64,000 bases of DNA from Octopus vulgaris (taxonomy: Eukaryota), in NCBI GenBank assembly GCA_951406725.2, contig OX597828.1:59644001-59708000 (forward strand). Reading direction: 5' to 3'. The notes below the pieces were generated by a model. That model did not search any database. It had not been told where the DNA came from and saw only the letters and a program-made list of their open reading frames with translations. Shown here piece after piece: positions 1-14,200 of the stretch (positions are counted from its first letter, which is position 1; each line of letters begins with the position of its first letter). Both the position numbers and the translations under genes were made by a program.

Positions 1-3000
1 TATATACACCCATACACAAATACCTAATTATAAATAACCACATACACTAAATCACACACCTATATATATATCCCTATACATACACTATAAAAACGTCTAG
101 GCAACTATAAATAAATAAAATAGCTAAATACTTCAACACAATACTTATTCATACTCCCACACACACACACATACAACCCACATTCACGCTCTAGAAAACG
201 GACATCACTCAAAATTATGAACGGAGAAATGGAATAAATGGAATTAAAAATTATATTCACTTGGTAAAACGAACACTACTTAAAAATTATGAATGAAACA
301 ATGCAATAAAACAACAGACATCGCAAATAGACACAAATTACTACGAATTCCTTAACAAACCTACCATGATAAACCAAAACTCATAAAAACATATAATGAT
401 AAAATCTCCCTTTACTAAACTCTATAACATACCTATATAGCAATCCCCCTAACCTAAACATTCACACACAAATACACACACGTAAACCACACACCCACGA
501 CATATACAAATACCCACACCACTTACACATACCAATACATACATATAAACCTCAACATATACTCCAAAAACCCACTCAACCCCACACAGACAAATAAACA
601 CAAAAATTATGAATGGATTCTTTTATAAAACTACCATGATAACCTAAAACTCACAAAACAGAAATGATAAAACCTCCCTTTACTAAACACTATAACATAC
701 TTATATAGCAATCCCTTTAACCTATACATTCACACACAAATACACACACGTAAACCACACACCCATAACAAATACAAACACCCACCCCACTCACACACAC
801 CCACAAGTACATATAAGCCTCAACATATACACCAAACAAAATAACTTTACCAAGGAACTTAACATATAAAAAGTATAACCGCTCTGGAAACGAACATCTT
901 TAAATTAATGAATGGAGAAATGGAATAAATGGAATTAAAAATAATATTCACGTGGCAAAACTAACACCACTCAAAAATTATGAATGAAACAATGTAATAA
1001 AACAACCAACTTATTTAGATAATATATTTTTGGTTATGTTGTCTAGGCTTTAATTATAGTTAGTCTTTATTGATATTTCTTTGTTTTAATTAGTTCAGTT
1101 TTAATGTATATTAATTTAACAGTTTATGGTATGTTAAAACTTTAATAATTTATATTAGATTTTTTTATTTTCTTTATTTATATATTTTTTTTTTAATTTT
1201 TTTTTTTTTTTTAATTTTATTATGTATTTTTATTATGCATTTGTTATATGTATTTTGGAGGATATATTTATATGTTGATGGGTGTTATTTAGTGGTGTTT
1301 TTATTGAGTTTTGTATGTATGTGTGAATGTTTATGATCCCTTTGTTTTTTGTTTTTTATTTGGTATGTGGAATTGACAGATTTTATTTGGGTATTGTCTG
1401 TTATAATAAAGTACACACACCCATAACAAATATAAGTGCCCACTTCATTCGCTGTACCTGGAATTGCATGTGAGCCTCAACATATACACCTAACGGCCAC
1501 TCCCGCCCCATACGGATAAATAAACACATACATCCCCAAAAATGGGCGTAATCCCACTCACACCAATCATATGTATACAATTATACACACTAGAATAATA
1601 CATAACTAACCCAAATATACAGAACATACCAAAAATCACCAACTAACCACCATCACAAATGAAACCCACACCCATACAATGACTAAACTCCCCCCTCCAT
1701 ACCCAATTTACACCCAAATAGCAATCCCAATATATTCATCCATACATGGACGCACGTGCGTGAAGCACATGCACACAATAAATACGTACAACCCCCCAAT
1801 ACACACTCATATACATACGTATCAAGCTCGACATCCACAGCGATACGATTACACCCACTCACACCAAGATGGGTGAATTGCACAATCAGGGAACGCACAC
1901 ACACACGTGTGCGTTTTTTGATTGTGCAACTCGCCCATATGCATGTATGCGGGCGCGATTACATTGTTGCATATATCGAGCCCAAATAGCATGCATATGT
2001 ACATGTGAGGGGGTACACGCAAATGACGTGCGCGTGTACCCCCTGCATTTATACCCGTGCGTGAATATACACATGGAGACTACCATACAGGTACAAATGT
2101 GTATAGTAATGGGAGCCCCATCACTACACTCAATGTATACTCTCACCCATCCGCAAGGATGTGAAAGTGAATCTCCGGTGTATATGTTGAGGCTTATATG
2201 TAGCGCTGTGGAGGCGAACGTCGTTGAAATTGTGAATGAATGGGTGGAGTTGGGAATTGTAACCGGGTGGTGGACTAGCGTTGCTTGGAATTGTGAGTGG
2301 AATAGTGTAGTAGTGAGGTAGGCATCGAGAATAGGTTTGGGTTGCTGCAAGTTGTTTGTTAGAGATGCTAAGGTGAGCTATAGCTCATAAATGTATATAA
2401 TGATTTTTCATGGTAGTTTTTTAAAGAATCCATTCATAATAAATTTTTTTAAGTAGTGTTGGTTTGCCACGTGAATATAGTTTTTAGTTCCATTTATTCT
2501 ATTTCTCCATTCATAATTTTAAATGACGTTTACTTTCCATGGCGCGTATTCTTTTTTTACATAAGTTACTTCTATGGTAACGTAATTTTGGTTTGATTTT
2601 TTTTAACGGCTAAGAATTTAATTTCACTTCATAATTTGAAATTGACTTGTAAGTATGTATTTTATTTATCCTTATGTCATATTGTTATTTTTGATATTCT
2701 GGTTAATTACGATGTATTTAATGTTGTTTTCATAGGAGTGTTTATGTATATGAGATTGTGTGTGAGTTTTTAGTTGTATAATTTATTTATCTGTATGAGT
2801 GTGGGTGTGTAAATATTGTTGTATATATCGAGTTTAGTGAGTATGTATATGCGTATATGTGAGGGAGTATATGTATCTGTTGTGTGTGTGTGTTTTGGTG
2901 TGTGTGTGTTTGTGTGTGAATGTGTATATGGGTTTGTTATTTAGGTTTTGGGATGTATGTGTTAATTTGTCTGTGTGGGGATGGAGTGGGTTTTGGTGTA

Positions 3001-4223
3001 TATTGAGGTTTATAAGTTAGTATAGGAATGTGTATAAGTCGTGGGTCTGTGGTTTACGTGTGTGTATTTGTGTGTGAATGTTTAGGTTAGGGGGATTGCT
3101 ATATAGGTTTGTTATAGAGTATAGCAAAGGGAGATTTTACCGTTATATGTTTTTAAGAGTTTTGGTTTATCATGGTTTTTTTAGGGAATTCGTGGTAATT
3201 TGTCTTTTTTCGATGTTGGTTGTTTTATTACATTGTTTCATTCATAATTTTTGAGTGGTGTTAGTTTTGCCACGTGAATATTATTTTTAATTCCATTTAT
3301 TCCATTTCTCCATTCATTAATTTAAAGATGTTCGTTTCCAGAGCGGTTATACTTTTTATATGTTAAGTTCCTTGGTAAAGTTATTTTGTTTGGTGTATAT
3401 GTTGAGGCTTATATGTACTTGTGGGTGTGTGTGAGTGGGGTGGGTGTTTGTATTTGTTATGGGTGTGTGGTTTACGTGTGTGTATTTGTGTGTGAATGTA
3501 TAGGTTAAAGGGATTGCTATATAAGTATGTTATAGTGTTTAGTAAAGGGAGGTTTTATCATTTCTGTTTTGTGAGTTTTAGGTTATCATGGTAGTTTTAT
3601 AAAAGAATCCATTCATAATTTTTGTGTTTATTTGTCTGTGTGGGGCTGAGTGGGTTTTTGGAGTATATGTTGAGGTTTATATGTATGTATTGGTATGTGT
3701 AAGTGGTGTGGGTATTTGTATATGTCGTGGGTGTGTGGTTTACGTGTGTGTATTTGTGTGTGAATGTTTAGGTTAGGGGGATTGCTATATAGGTATGTTA
3801 TAGAGTTTAGTAAAGGGAGATTTTATCATTATATGTTTTTATGAGTTTTGGTTTATCATGGTAGGTTTGTTAAGGAATTCGTAGTAATTTGTGTCTATTT
3901 GCGATGTCTGTTGTTTTATTGCATTGTTTCATTCATAATTTTTAAGTAGTGTTCGTTTTACCAAGTGAATATAATTTTTAATTCCATTTATTCCATTTCT
4001 CCGTTCATAATTTTGAGTGATGTCCGTTTTCTAGAGCGTGAATGTGGGTTGTATGTGTGTGTGTGTGGGAGTATGAATAAGTATTGTGTTGAAGTATTTA
4101 GCTATTTTATTTATTTATAGTTGCCTAGACGTTTTTATGTGTATGTATAGGGATATATATATAGGTGTGTGATTTAGTGTATGTGGTTATTTATAATTAG
4201 GTATTTGTGTATGGGTGTATATA
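1..4223. repeat. Long inverted repeat: arms 1-1010 and 3215-4223, 2.2-kb spacer; the left arm runs off the window start
   Basis: 1-10 tatatacacc is the reverse complement of 4214-4223, and 1001-1010 aacaaccaac matches from 3215. Spot checks along the arms showed only one substitution and one 1-nt indel. Confidence 0.95.
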
Positions 4224-4671
4224 TAGTTTATTATAATATTATTATTTTTTTGTTTTGTTTTATATTTTATATTTTATATTTTATATTTAATTGTTGATAG
4301 GTTTATTTTAGTTTATATATTGTTTATATATTGATTATATATGGATTATATTTAGGTTATATATGGATTATATATTTATATTCTTTCATTCATACTTTAA
4401 TTATTTTAAAATTATTATTTTTATTTTTTAAATATTGATATTTTAGATTGGAAGTCCACCTGAAGATTGTCGATCAAGACAAGAAACGATTGTAGTGGTG
4501 GTTTTTTTGACTATTTATTAAAATTTTATGTATTGATTAAGTCTTTCCTTGTTTGTTTTGCAAAATAGTGGTTTTGTCTCTAATAATATTTTATAATATT
4601 TTACTATAAAATTGGATTTAATCCTAAATCTGATTTTTTTCCCTGTAAATTTGGATTTATTCCCTAATATT

Positions 4672-4675
<4 letters not shown>
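1011..4675 (+). mobile_element. Non-coding, strand-skewed, internally repetitive element ending in a hammerhead, a tail and (TA)n; probably a Penelope-like non-autonomous element
   Basis: GT-rich repeat sub-units recur at ~2385-2590, 2960-3400, 3400-3620 and 3625-4040. Hammerhead at 4456-4498, terminal ccctaatattt followed by (TA)n(TG)n, and an inverted copy of the 3' part at its 5' side. Confidence 0.6.
4456..4498 (+). ncRNA. Minimal type-I hammerhead ribozyme, canonical core
   Basis: ccac-CTGAAGA-ttgtc(gatcaa)gacaa-GAAA-cgattg-TA-gtgg. Stem I ccac/gtgg, 5-bp stem II, quasi-palindromic stem III acgattgt; predicted cleavage after GUA (4494). Confidence 0.88.
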
Positions 4676-4744
<69 letters not shown>

Positions 4745-4819
4745 TATGTATTATGTATAATGTGTATGTATATGCATATGTATGTATATATATATATATA
4801 TATATATATTGTTTTTTTT

Positions 4820-5034
4820 GTACTTGTTTCAGTCATTTGACTGCGGCCATGCTGGAGCACCGCCTTTAGAGTGGTGAAAGAGTACAGCAGGGATCACCAC
4901 CTCCTGCCGGAGCCTCGTGGAGCTATTAGGTGTTTTCGCTCAATAAACACACACAACGCACGGTCTGGGAATCGAAACCGCGATCCTCCGACCGCCAGTC
5001 CGCTGCCCTAACCACTAGGCCATTGCGCCTCCAC
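4820..5034 (-). mobile_element. tRNA-derived SINE
   Basis: Minus strand gtggaggcgcaaTGGCCTAGTGGttaggg...GGTTTCGATTCCC gives A/B-box-like motifs; a homologous copy lies at 58465-58680. Confidence 0.8.
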
Positions 5035-5099
5035 ATATATATATACCGGAGTAAACACATGATTGTGAAACAAGGTGGAAAAAGGAGTACTCAAATACC

Positions 5100-5780
5100 A
5101 GTGTTAGAGTCAATAATATCGAATTGTGTAAAACTGCAATTATTCTTATAGCTAATACATTTAAACCACTCTATGACCGACTTACTATTCTTCCAAATTC
5201 TCAAGTCTACTTCACTATCTAACTTAGTTAAAATACGGTCCAAAATATTTTTGCTAATAATGCCTATCTCAGTTTTAGCCGGATTTATCAATCTACATTT
5301 GGGGTTTCTATTAAAATTGGCTTTATGGTCTTTTAGTGTAATAAAAGCTGGTCGTGGGGAAAGATATTCAATCCTATCACTAATCTTAAGATTGTTAGCT
5401 ATTCCTCTATCTTCCAAATTCACCTCTTTGTATATATTTGTGTTATCTTTTTTTGTATGTATCTGTGACACTATTCGAAATCAGGCGCTTATAAACGTCC
5501 TTATCAAGTGCATATAAGTTCCTTGTCTTATCAGAATTAACGAAGATCTTATTCGAGTTGTTAATCTCCTTAATTTTTTCTTTCATATTTCTCTGTAATT
5601 GGTTGCTATATTTGCGGAATTTAATTTTCCTTAATAAGTTCGAAAAGGTCTTTCTCGAAGGCTTCTAATTCCGGAATAGGTGGTGGATTTAAGGTGGTGG
5701 ATTTAAATCTGGGAGATTTAAGGTCCAATCAAACAAGTCCATTTTTTTAAGGTGTAGCGTTTGTAATAGTCTGGATAGAA
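5100..5780 (-). pseudogene. Penelope-like reverse transcriptase fragment (broken, truncated at RT motif A)
   Basis: ORF 5091-5471 contains AFITLKDHK..F...PKCRLINPAKTEIGIISK.ILD....W.N...VI.WF......F..FDI.D, typical of PLE RT N-terminal motifs up to the first catalytic Asp. Confidence 0.75.
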
Positions 5781-5809
5781 TTGACATATCGGTTCCATTC
5801 TAGCAAAAA

Positions 5810-5847
5810 CTGTCCGATGAACGGCAACGGGAAACTCAGAGTAACAG
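5810..5847 (+). ncRNA. Minimal hammerhead motif, CCGAUGA core variant
   Basis: ctgt-CCGATGA-acggcaacgg-GAAA-ctcagag-TA-acag. Stem I ctgt/acag, stem III actc/gagt, GUA site; stem II is weak. Confidence 0.7.
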
Positions 5848-5874
5848 GTTTTGTTGAATTTTCTGCTGCTTTAA

Positions 5875-5919
<45 letters not shown>

Positions 5920-5933
5920 AGTATATGTATGTG

Positions 5934-6008
<75 letters not shown>

Positions 6009-7139
6009 CATAACTACCGCTCTCGAAATATACACAATATTTTTTGAATCTATAAAGTTGAAAAAGCTTCCGAATTCTTTAGCAATAATAGAACCCTAAT
6101 CAGTTTGAGATCCATAGAATTATGATAGAGATTTATTGAAGTATAGATGTTCTTTCCCCAAAATCAGAACTTGATGCTTTAACAAATTAGAGGAATATTG
6201 AATATTTCGATGAAGTTATTCGAGTGAATGAAACTCAGCAGGAGAGTGAATGGAATATTATTTAGATCATTCATTCTTTTATTTTCATGAAGCAAGAAAT
6301 ATATTGTGAGATGTTTTTTTCAAAAATAAGCGATTCAAATTCTAAGAATTCGATTAAATATTTTTAATTAGCTCTTAACAGTTGAATAAATCTGAAGTGT
6401 CGCTAACATTTTTTAAACAGAGAGCATTCAATTCTAAATAGAAAGTATTAAGTGTTGTTAGAAAAGGAATGTTAATAAAATAACTAATAATATTTTGATA
6501 GCTAATATATTTATGCACAAGAAAGTTTGTTTATAGACAATCGAAGATAAAGTGAAGTCGTTGAACTCCAGGTTTTAAAGGGAAAGTGTTTAAAACTGTA
6601 AGTTAAACGATTAAAATTGTCACAGAAATTTTAAAATTTATTAGATTATCCAGTGATCATTCCTAGAAGAAATGTTAAAATCAATGAACCGTATTTGGAC
6701 CTGTTAGTTTATGAGCGTGCAGCGATTTCAATGACTTTAGTAACTATAGCTCAAATTTTGTCATGGGGACTTTACCAAACTTAATGCCGTGTGTGTACGT
6801 ATCTCAGGATAATTTTTTTCCAAACCTAAAAAAATGCAGAGAAAATAGATAGAATACTTTTGTTTGAATACCATAGTCATAAGGGCGTCCGGTCACGCTT
6901 CCATTCCCTCATCAGAGTCACTGGAAAAGGTGAAGAAATATCCTTAGTTACCAAACGCTATTTTTGGAAATTATTTCGGCGCTTTGCTACAAGGAGAAAG
7001 CCGTCAAACCGAAATGCTGGCCGTGTAATATTCATACTCGTTCTGTCATTGCTTGTCCCCTGTATGTTTAGCTCATTGTGGGCAATCAAGAATTAAATAT
7101 AGTGATACTATAGTGATACAATATTGATTACATACTATA

Positions 7140-7420
7140 CCCTCGGGCCGACCAAAGCCTTGTGAGTATATTTGGTAGACGGAAACTGGAAGAAGTTTGT
7201 CCTATATGTATATATTTATGCGTGTGTTTCTGTGTTTCTTCCACCCCGCCATCGTTTGACAACCAATGCTGGTGTGTTTATATCCCCGTAACTTAGCATT
7301 TCAGATAGAATAAGTACTAGGCCTACAAAGAATTATGGAGTCGATTTCTCCGACTTACACCCTTTAAGGTGGTGCTCCAGCATAGCCGCAGTGAAACGAC
7401 GGAAACAACTAAAAAGAATA
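7140..7420 (+). mobile_element. SINE (5'-truncated), same family as 21528-21828, 25222-25445 and 47645-48090
   Basis: Shared blocks cctcgggccgaccaaagccttgtgag, ttggtagacggaaactg and ggtgctccagcat(g/a)gccgcag. Confidence 0.75.
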
Positions 7421-7558
7421 AAATGAATATATGTGTGTAAACACATATATATATATATATATATATATTTGTATACATACATATATATATATAACAATGC
7501 GAACGCATTGTGACCAGCGATGTGTAATAACATCTGATGATCTGGTCGGTCACGTGAT

Positions 7559-7659
<101 letters not shown>

Positions 7660-8443
7660 TCTATGTATATTTGTGTGTGCGCGTGTGTGTACACTGAGCT
7701 GGAGTTTGGGCACGAGGAAAATGAATAAATGGACACAGTGTCTGATGTATGTTAAGTTAATAAAAATTTCATATTTTATAAAGAAAATACTACGACAAAA
7801 GCCGTTCCATTGGAACAGATATTCCTTGCGATTCTACATAACAGGTGTTGCCAAATATTGATTCAGTTTAAAGAGTCATTTAATCAGTTGAGAATAGCCA
7901 TAAGAAAGTTAAAAGGAAAGAGAAACATCTATTGTCGGATATTACAGGCCGTTTATCACTATATCAAGAGGTAGCAGATGATTTACATGGACATAAATGA
8001 CTTAATTTTCTCTTTAGATGAACGTTGGCTTCATTATCGCATGTACAAAGAATACATGTGTTACACTGCGACACACAAGTATACATTCGCTGTCTCTTGT
8101 TCAGAGATATTGGATAGAGAGACAAAAGAAATAAATGAAAAAAAAAATGTTCAGAAACACAAGCATTGTCATTGACGGTAGCAAAATGTTGCAGAATGAA
8201 ATTTGATAGAGGAAGAGAATTGGAAATCGGGAATGAGAAAGGAAAGGGAAAAATAAAATTAATTTCTGGGAAATTGAGGATATCAATGTCAACTAAATGA
8301 ACATGTTATATGTCGAGCTGAAGAATAACGAGTTACTGGTGACGACATCTGATGTGATACGAGAAATTTAACAATTCGTATGCCAAACATTTTGTGCAAG
8401 ATCATACAGTTTACGCAAAACGTGTAATTACGCCCCCATACAT

Positions 8444-8556
<113 letters not shown>

Positions 8557-8656
8557 TAAAAACGGTAAGATAACAAAAGAAAGAAAGAGACCTCAATATT
8601 ATGTAAATAGAGGAAATTTATCTATAAAATAATATGTTACATTACTCAATAGTCAA

Positions 8657-8715
8657 GATAAAACTGAGTTTCAGATGCCGAAGTGGAAATCCACAACACC
8701 ATCTCTTCGGTTATC
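8657..8715 (-). ncRNA. Hammerhead motif (mirror copy), CCGAAGA core
   Basis: Exact reverse complement of 8717-8775. Confidence 0.65.
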
Positions 8716-8716
8716 T

Positions 8717-8775
8717 GATAACCGAAGAGATGGTGTTGTGGATTTCCACTTCGGCATCTGAAACTCAGTTTTATC
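8717..8775 (+). ncRNA. Hammerhead motif, CCGAAGA core, extended stem II
   Basis: gataa-CCGAAGA-gatg...gtgg(attt)ccac...catc-t-GAAA-ctcag-TT-ttatc. Stem I gataa/ttatc, GUU site. Confidence 0.65.
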
Positions 8776-8825
8776 TTGACTATTGAGTAATGTAACATAT
8801 TATTTTATAGATATATATATATATG

Positions 8826-8881
<56 letters not shown>

Positions 8882-8966
8882 GATACGAATATGAATACAT
8901 ATGTAACAACACACGCACACGTATATATGTAAATACGTAAATATGTGTTGCATTGTGTACGTGTGT

Positions 8967-9011
<45 letters not shown>

Positions 9012-9241
9012 AGAGAAAGATATCGACAAGTAATTGTGTGAGAAGAATAATGTAAAGAAGTATACACGCACATATGCTTGACTTGAATGTGACTTTTAAT
9101 ATGTCGCAAGAAGTAGATTTGAATAAAACATACACACATACAGAAACACACACACACGTGCACGAAGACACACACGCAAATGCAGACACACAAATACATT
9201 ATATATGCATAATATTTAATTCATATAACATTTATTATACA

Positions 9242-9312
<71 letters not shown>

Positions 9313-9316
9313 AATT

Positions 9317-10243
<927 letters not shown>

Positions 10244-10254
10244 GTATATATATG

Positions 10255-10335
<81 letters not shown>

Positions 10336-10337
<2 letters not shown>

Positions 10338-10706
10338 TTTATATATATTATTGGCCCAGGCCATATAATATGAAGTCTTTAGTCAGAATTTGGGCACTAT
10401 ATAGTAGAGAGTTATTGTTTACAGAGACATATCCGGGTGTAGGGGGTTTATCCGGGATTTCTTGAAGAAATCTGTCCAAAGACTTCTTGAACCCTATAGG
10501 GTCAGTTTCTGTTTTAATGTGTTTTGGTGTAATGTTAAAGAGAGCGGGGCCAATTGAGGTGAAATAATTGTGCCGTATTGTTGTTATGAGATGAGAGTGC
10601 GATTTTTGTTTTGGGCGGATGGCACGGGGCCCAAGCCTTGGATGTACCTTAAAGGTGATGCCAACATCATTTGGGCAATGCTGATGGAATATTTTCCACA
10701 TCATGC

Positions 10707-10707
<1 letters not shown>
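10336..10707 (-). mobile_element. 3' fragment of the CR1/L2-group LINE (copy 3), scrambled 3' end
   Basis: Near-identical to 11285-11588; encodes [15 protein letters not shown]...PDKPPTPGY. Confidence 0.9.
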
Positions 10708-10748
<41 letters not shown>

Positions 10749-10855
10749 GTACATATATATATATATATGTATATATATATATGTATATATATGTATGTAT
10801 ATATATATGTATATGTATGTATATATATATGTATATATATGTATATATATATATG

Positions 10856-10964
<109 letters not shown>

Positions 10965-10999
10965 ATATATATATATATATGTGTGTGTATATTTATATA

Positions 11000-11157
<158 letters not shown>

Positions 11158-11255
11158 TACGTATACTTTGATACTTTGATACTTTGATAGGTTTCGGCCA
11201 TTATTGGCCCAGGCCATGTCTAACTTAATAGCACCACCTGGTGAAGTCTTTCAAG

Positions 11256-14200
11256 TCAGAATTTGGGCACTATGGCCCACTCAAGTAGAGAGTTATTGTT
11301 TACAGAGACATATCCAGGTGTAGGGGGTTTATCCGGGATTTCTTGAAGGAATCTGTCCAAAGACTTCTTGAACCCTATAGGGTCAGTTTCTGTTTTAATG
11401 TGTTTTGGTGTAATGTTAAAGAGAGCGGGGCCAATTGAGGTGAAATAATTGTGCCGTATTGTTGTTATGAGATGAGAGTGCGATTTTTGTTTTGGGCGGA
11501 TGGCACGGGGCCCAAGCCTTGGATGTACCTTAAAGGTGATGCCAACATCATTTGGGCAATGCTGATGGAATATTTTCCACATCATGCAGATGATGTAGCG
11601 CTCACGACGACGTTGGAGAGAATAGAGTTTTAGCTTTTCTAGCCGACCCCAATAGTCGAGGCCTGTCATGCCATCTATCTTTTTTGTGATTGCCCTTTGA
11701 GGTGCTTCAACTTTTATGATACCTTGTATTGTGTGGGGAGACCACAGTGGACAACAGTATTCAAGGTGGGGTCGGGCAAAATTGGAGAAGAGAAGGATAA
11801 TGGTGTGGATATCTCTCGGCTGGAAAGTTCTGAGAATCCAGGAACACATTCTGCGGGCCATGTCAACTTTGGTGTTTATATGAGTGGCCCAGCTTACGTT
11901 GTTGTCCACAATTACTCCCAAGTCTCTGATGTTGTTGGACGCCGCGAGAGTTTCACCTGAAGGAAGGGAGTATGGGAGTTTCAGGGCATCCTCTTTTCCA
12001 AAGTGGATTAGCTCAAATTTATCCTCGTTCAGCAGCATATTGTTTTTTTCTGCCCATTGGATAACAGCCAGTAGATCTGACTGAAGGCATGTCCGGTCAC
12101 TCGCCTCATTTATGACCTTCTGTAGCTTGGAGTCATCTGCAAAGATTTTTATGTTGCTGTGCTTGATGATGTCATTAATGTCATTAATGTAAATGATGAA
12201 AAGAAGTGGGCCCAGCACAGTGCCTTGCGGAACGCCACTACTGACTTTGGCTGGGCTTGATTTTACCCCTTCAACTACAACATGTTGAGATCTGTCTGTC
12301 AGGAAACACTTAATCCATTTCAGTAACTTTCCAGAGACACCAATGTTGGATAGTTTTTTCAATAGGATCTTGTGATCGACCCTGTCGAAGGCCTTACTGA
12401 AATCAAGGTAGATGACATCGGTGTTGGAGCCCTCTCCCAAAGCTCTCAAAATGTCCTCAAAGTGATGCAGGAGCTGCGTTAGGCAGTCCCTTCCATTACG
12501 GAACCCATGTTGGTTGGAGATCAGCCGTCTGTTGCTTTCCAGAAATTGTTATTCGAGATCTCACCACCCTCTCAAATACCTTGATGATATGAGAGGTGAG
12601 TGAGATCGGACGGTAATTCACTGCAAGGGACTTGTTTCCCTTTTGAAAACTGGGACAACAGACTGGGACAGAAGGTTTTTTGGAATATAGCCAGCATCCA
12701 GTGAGTTTCTCCACAGATTAGCAAGGGGAGATGCAAGTTGGTGTCGACACACCTTCAGGACACAAGCAGGGAACCTATCGGGGCCTACTGCTGAATTGTG
12801 TTTTATTTCGTTTATCGCCGCTAAGACATCAGGGGCACTAAACGTTATGTCCGATATAGTGTGTTGGGGGTTGACATCACTGATACAGCCCAGATCGGCC
12901 ATATCAGGATTGCTGAAAATAGAGCAGTATTGTTTCTGCAGTATCTCGGCCATGGATTTGGCATTATCTTGGAGAGTGCCAGTTTCGTCAATTAGAGGGC
13001 CTACAGTGGAGACAGTGACCCTGCGTTTCCTCGCAAATGAAAAGAACACTTTGGGGTTGAGTTTGATTTTTTCAATGGCCCACTTCTCCTCAGCTGATCT
13101 TTGGTTATTGATGAGGGTCTTCATGCATTGTTGGAGGTTATATTTTTTGGATTCAAGCAGTGCGATAGCCGTCGAATGTGTGTGTTGCTGTTGGCAGTAC
13201 TTTAGTTTGTTAATTTTTTTGTTTGATCTTTTTATTTTTCTGATAATGGTTTTTCTGTTTTGGGGGATTCTGCACTTTTTGTTCACAGGTCTTGGTGGGG
13301 AGTGTTTTGCACATATGTCTGTGACGGTGTCTACAAAGATCTGCCAAGATGTTTTATGGTTGGTGGAGATGTGTGTATGTGTAAAGGACCAGTCAACATT
13401 TGATAGCTCGTTCCTGATTGCATCCCAGTTGGCTTTATGGAGATCCATGTTGTCAAATGGGTGGGCTGGAGGAAGGTCACTAGGATTAGCTTTCGGCTGG
13501 TGGAATTTCATGTTACAGAGAACCATGTCATGGTCTGAAAGAAGGGTTTTTTCCACTGTAACGTTATGTATAGTGTTAGTGTGGTTACTAAACACTAGGT
13601 CCAAAATGTTCTGATGTCTTGTTGGTGCAAGGACAAGTTGGGACAAGAAAAAACTCATTCGTAAAGTCGAAAAGTGACTCTGCTGCTTCTTTGTCAGCGG
13701 TTGAGGCGGGAGTGCTTGGTTTCAAACAGTTTGTAGTCCAGTCAACACAGGGTAGATTGAAGTCTCCCATCATGAGTATGTTGCTAGAATGGCACTGTTG
13801 AATAAAGCACTTAATGCTGTTGAGGCATTCTTTAAAGCACAGTATGGGTGTTTGGGGCGGCCTATAGAGCCCAATTACTGTCAGGTCATTGGCTTTGTTG
13901 TGCACGGTGACTGATTCACAGTAGCCATTGGAGAATATACTATTTCCATCTGCCGTAAATGAATCATGCAGGAAAATGGCAGTTCCACCCTTCCTCCTGC
14001 CGATACGATCCGCGCGGATGGTTGTGAAATTCTTCACTCTCACTTCGGCCTCCAAGTGGGAGTTGTCAAGGTGGGTCTCAGTGAGAATGAAGAAAGGGAT
14101 GTGGTATGAATGGTTACCAACCCAGTCTTCAATGAATTGGACCTTCCATTTTTGTGCATTGATGGAAGGGCTGACACCTTGTGCATTGAGTAGGAATGTG

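Larger units (their letters stand above)
5046..5880 (-). mobile_element. Penelope-like retroelement remnant with an inverted hammerhead-bearing terminal piece
   Basis: RT-upstream and motif-A fragment on the minus strand, an opposite-strand hammerhead at 5810-5847, and (TA)n on both flanks. Confidence 0.75.

Noticed and set aside
1679-2350. Overlapping 65-154 aa ORFs in the spacer of the long inverted repeat
   Set aside because: Low-complexity, strand-skewed sequence with no recognisable domain.
4960-5034. tRNA gene
   Set aside because: A/B boxes are present but attached to a dispersed repeat body, so this is a SINE head rather than a cloverleaf tRNA.
11185-11220. LINE 3'UTR ggcc-aataat-ggcc-GAAAC as a hammerhead
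   Set aside because: Lacks CUGANGA; better explained as the usual LINE 3' stem-loop.
12796-13614. 272-aa plus-strand ORF (and 17711-18433)
   Set aside because: An antisense shadow of LINE ORF2.
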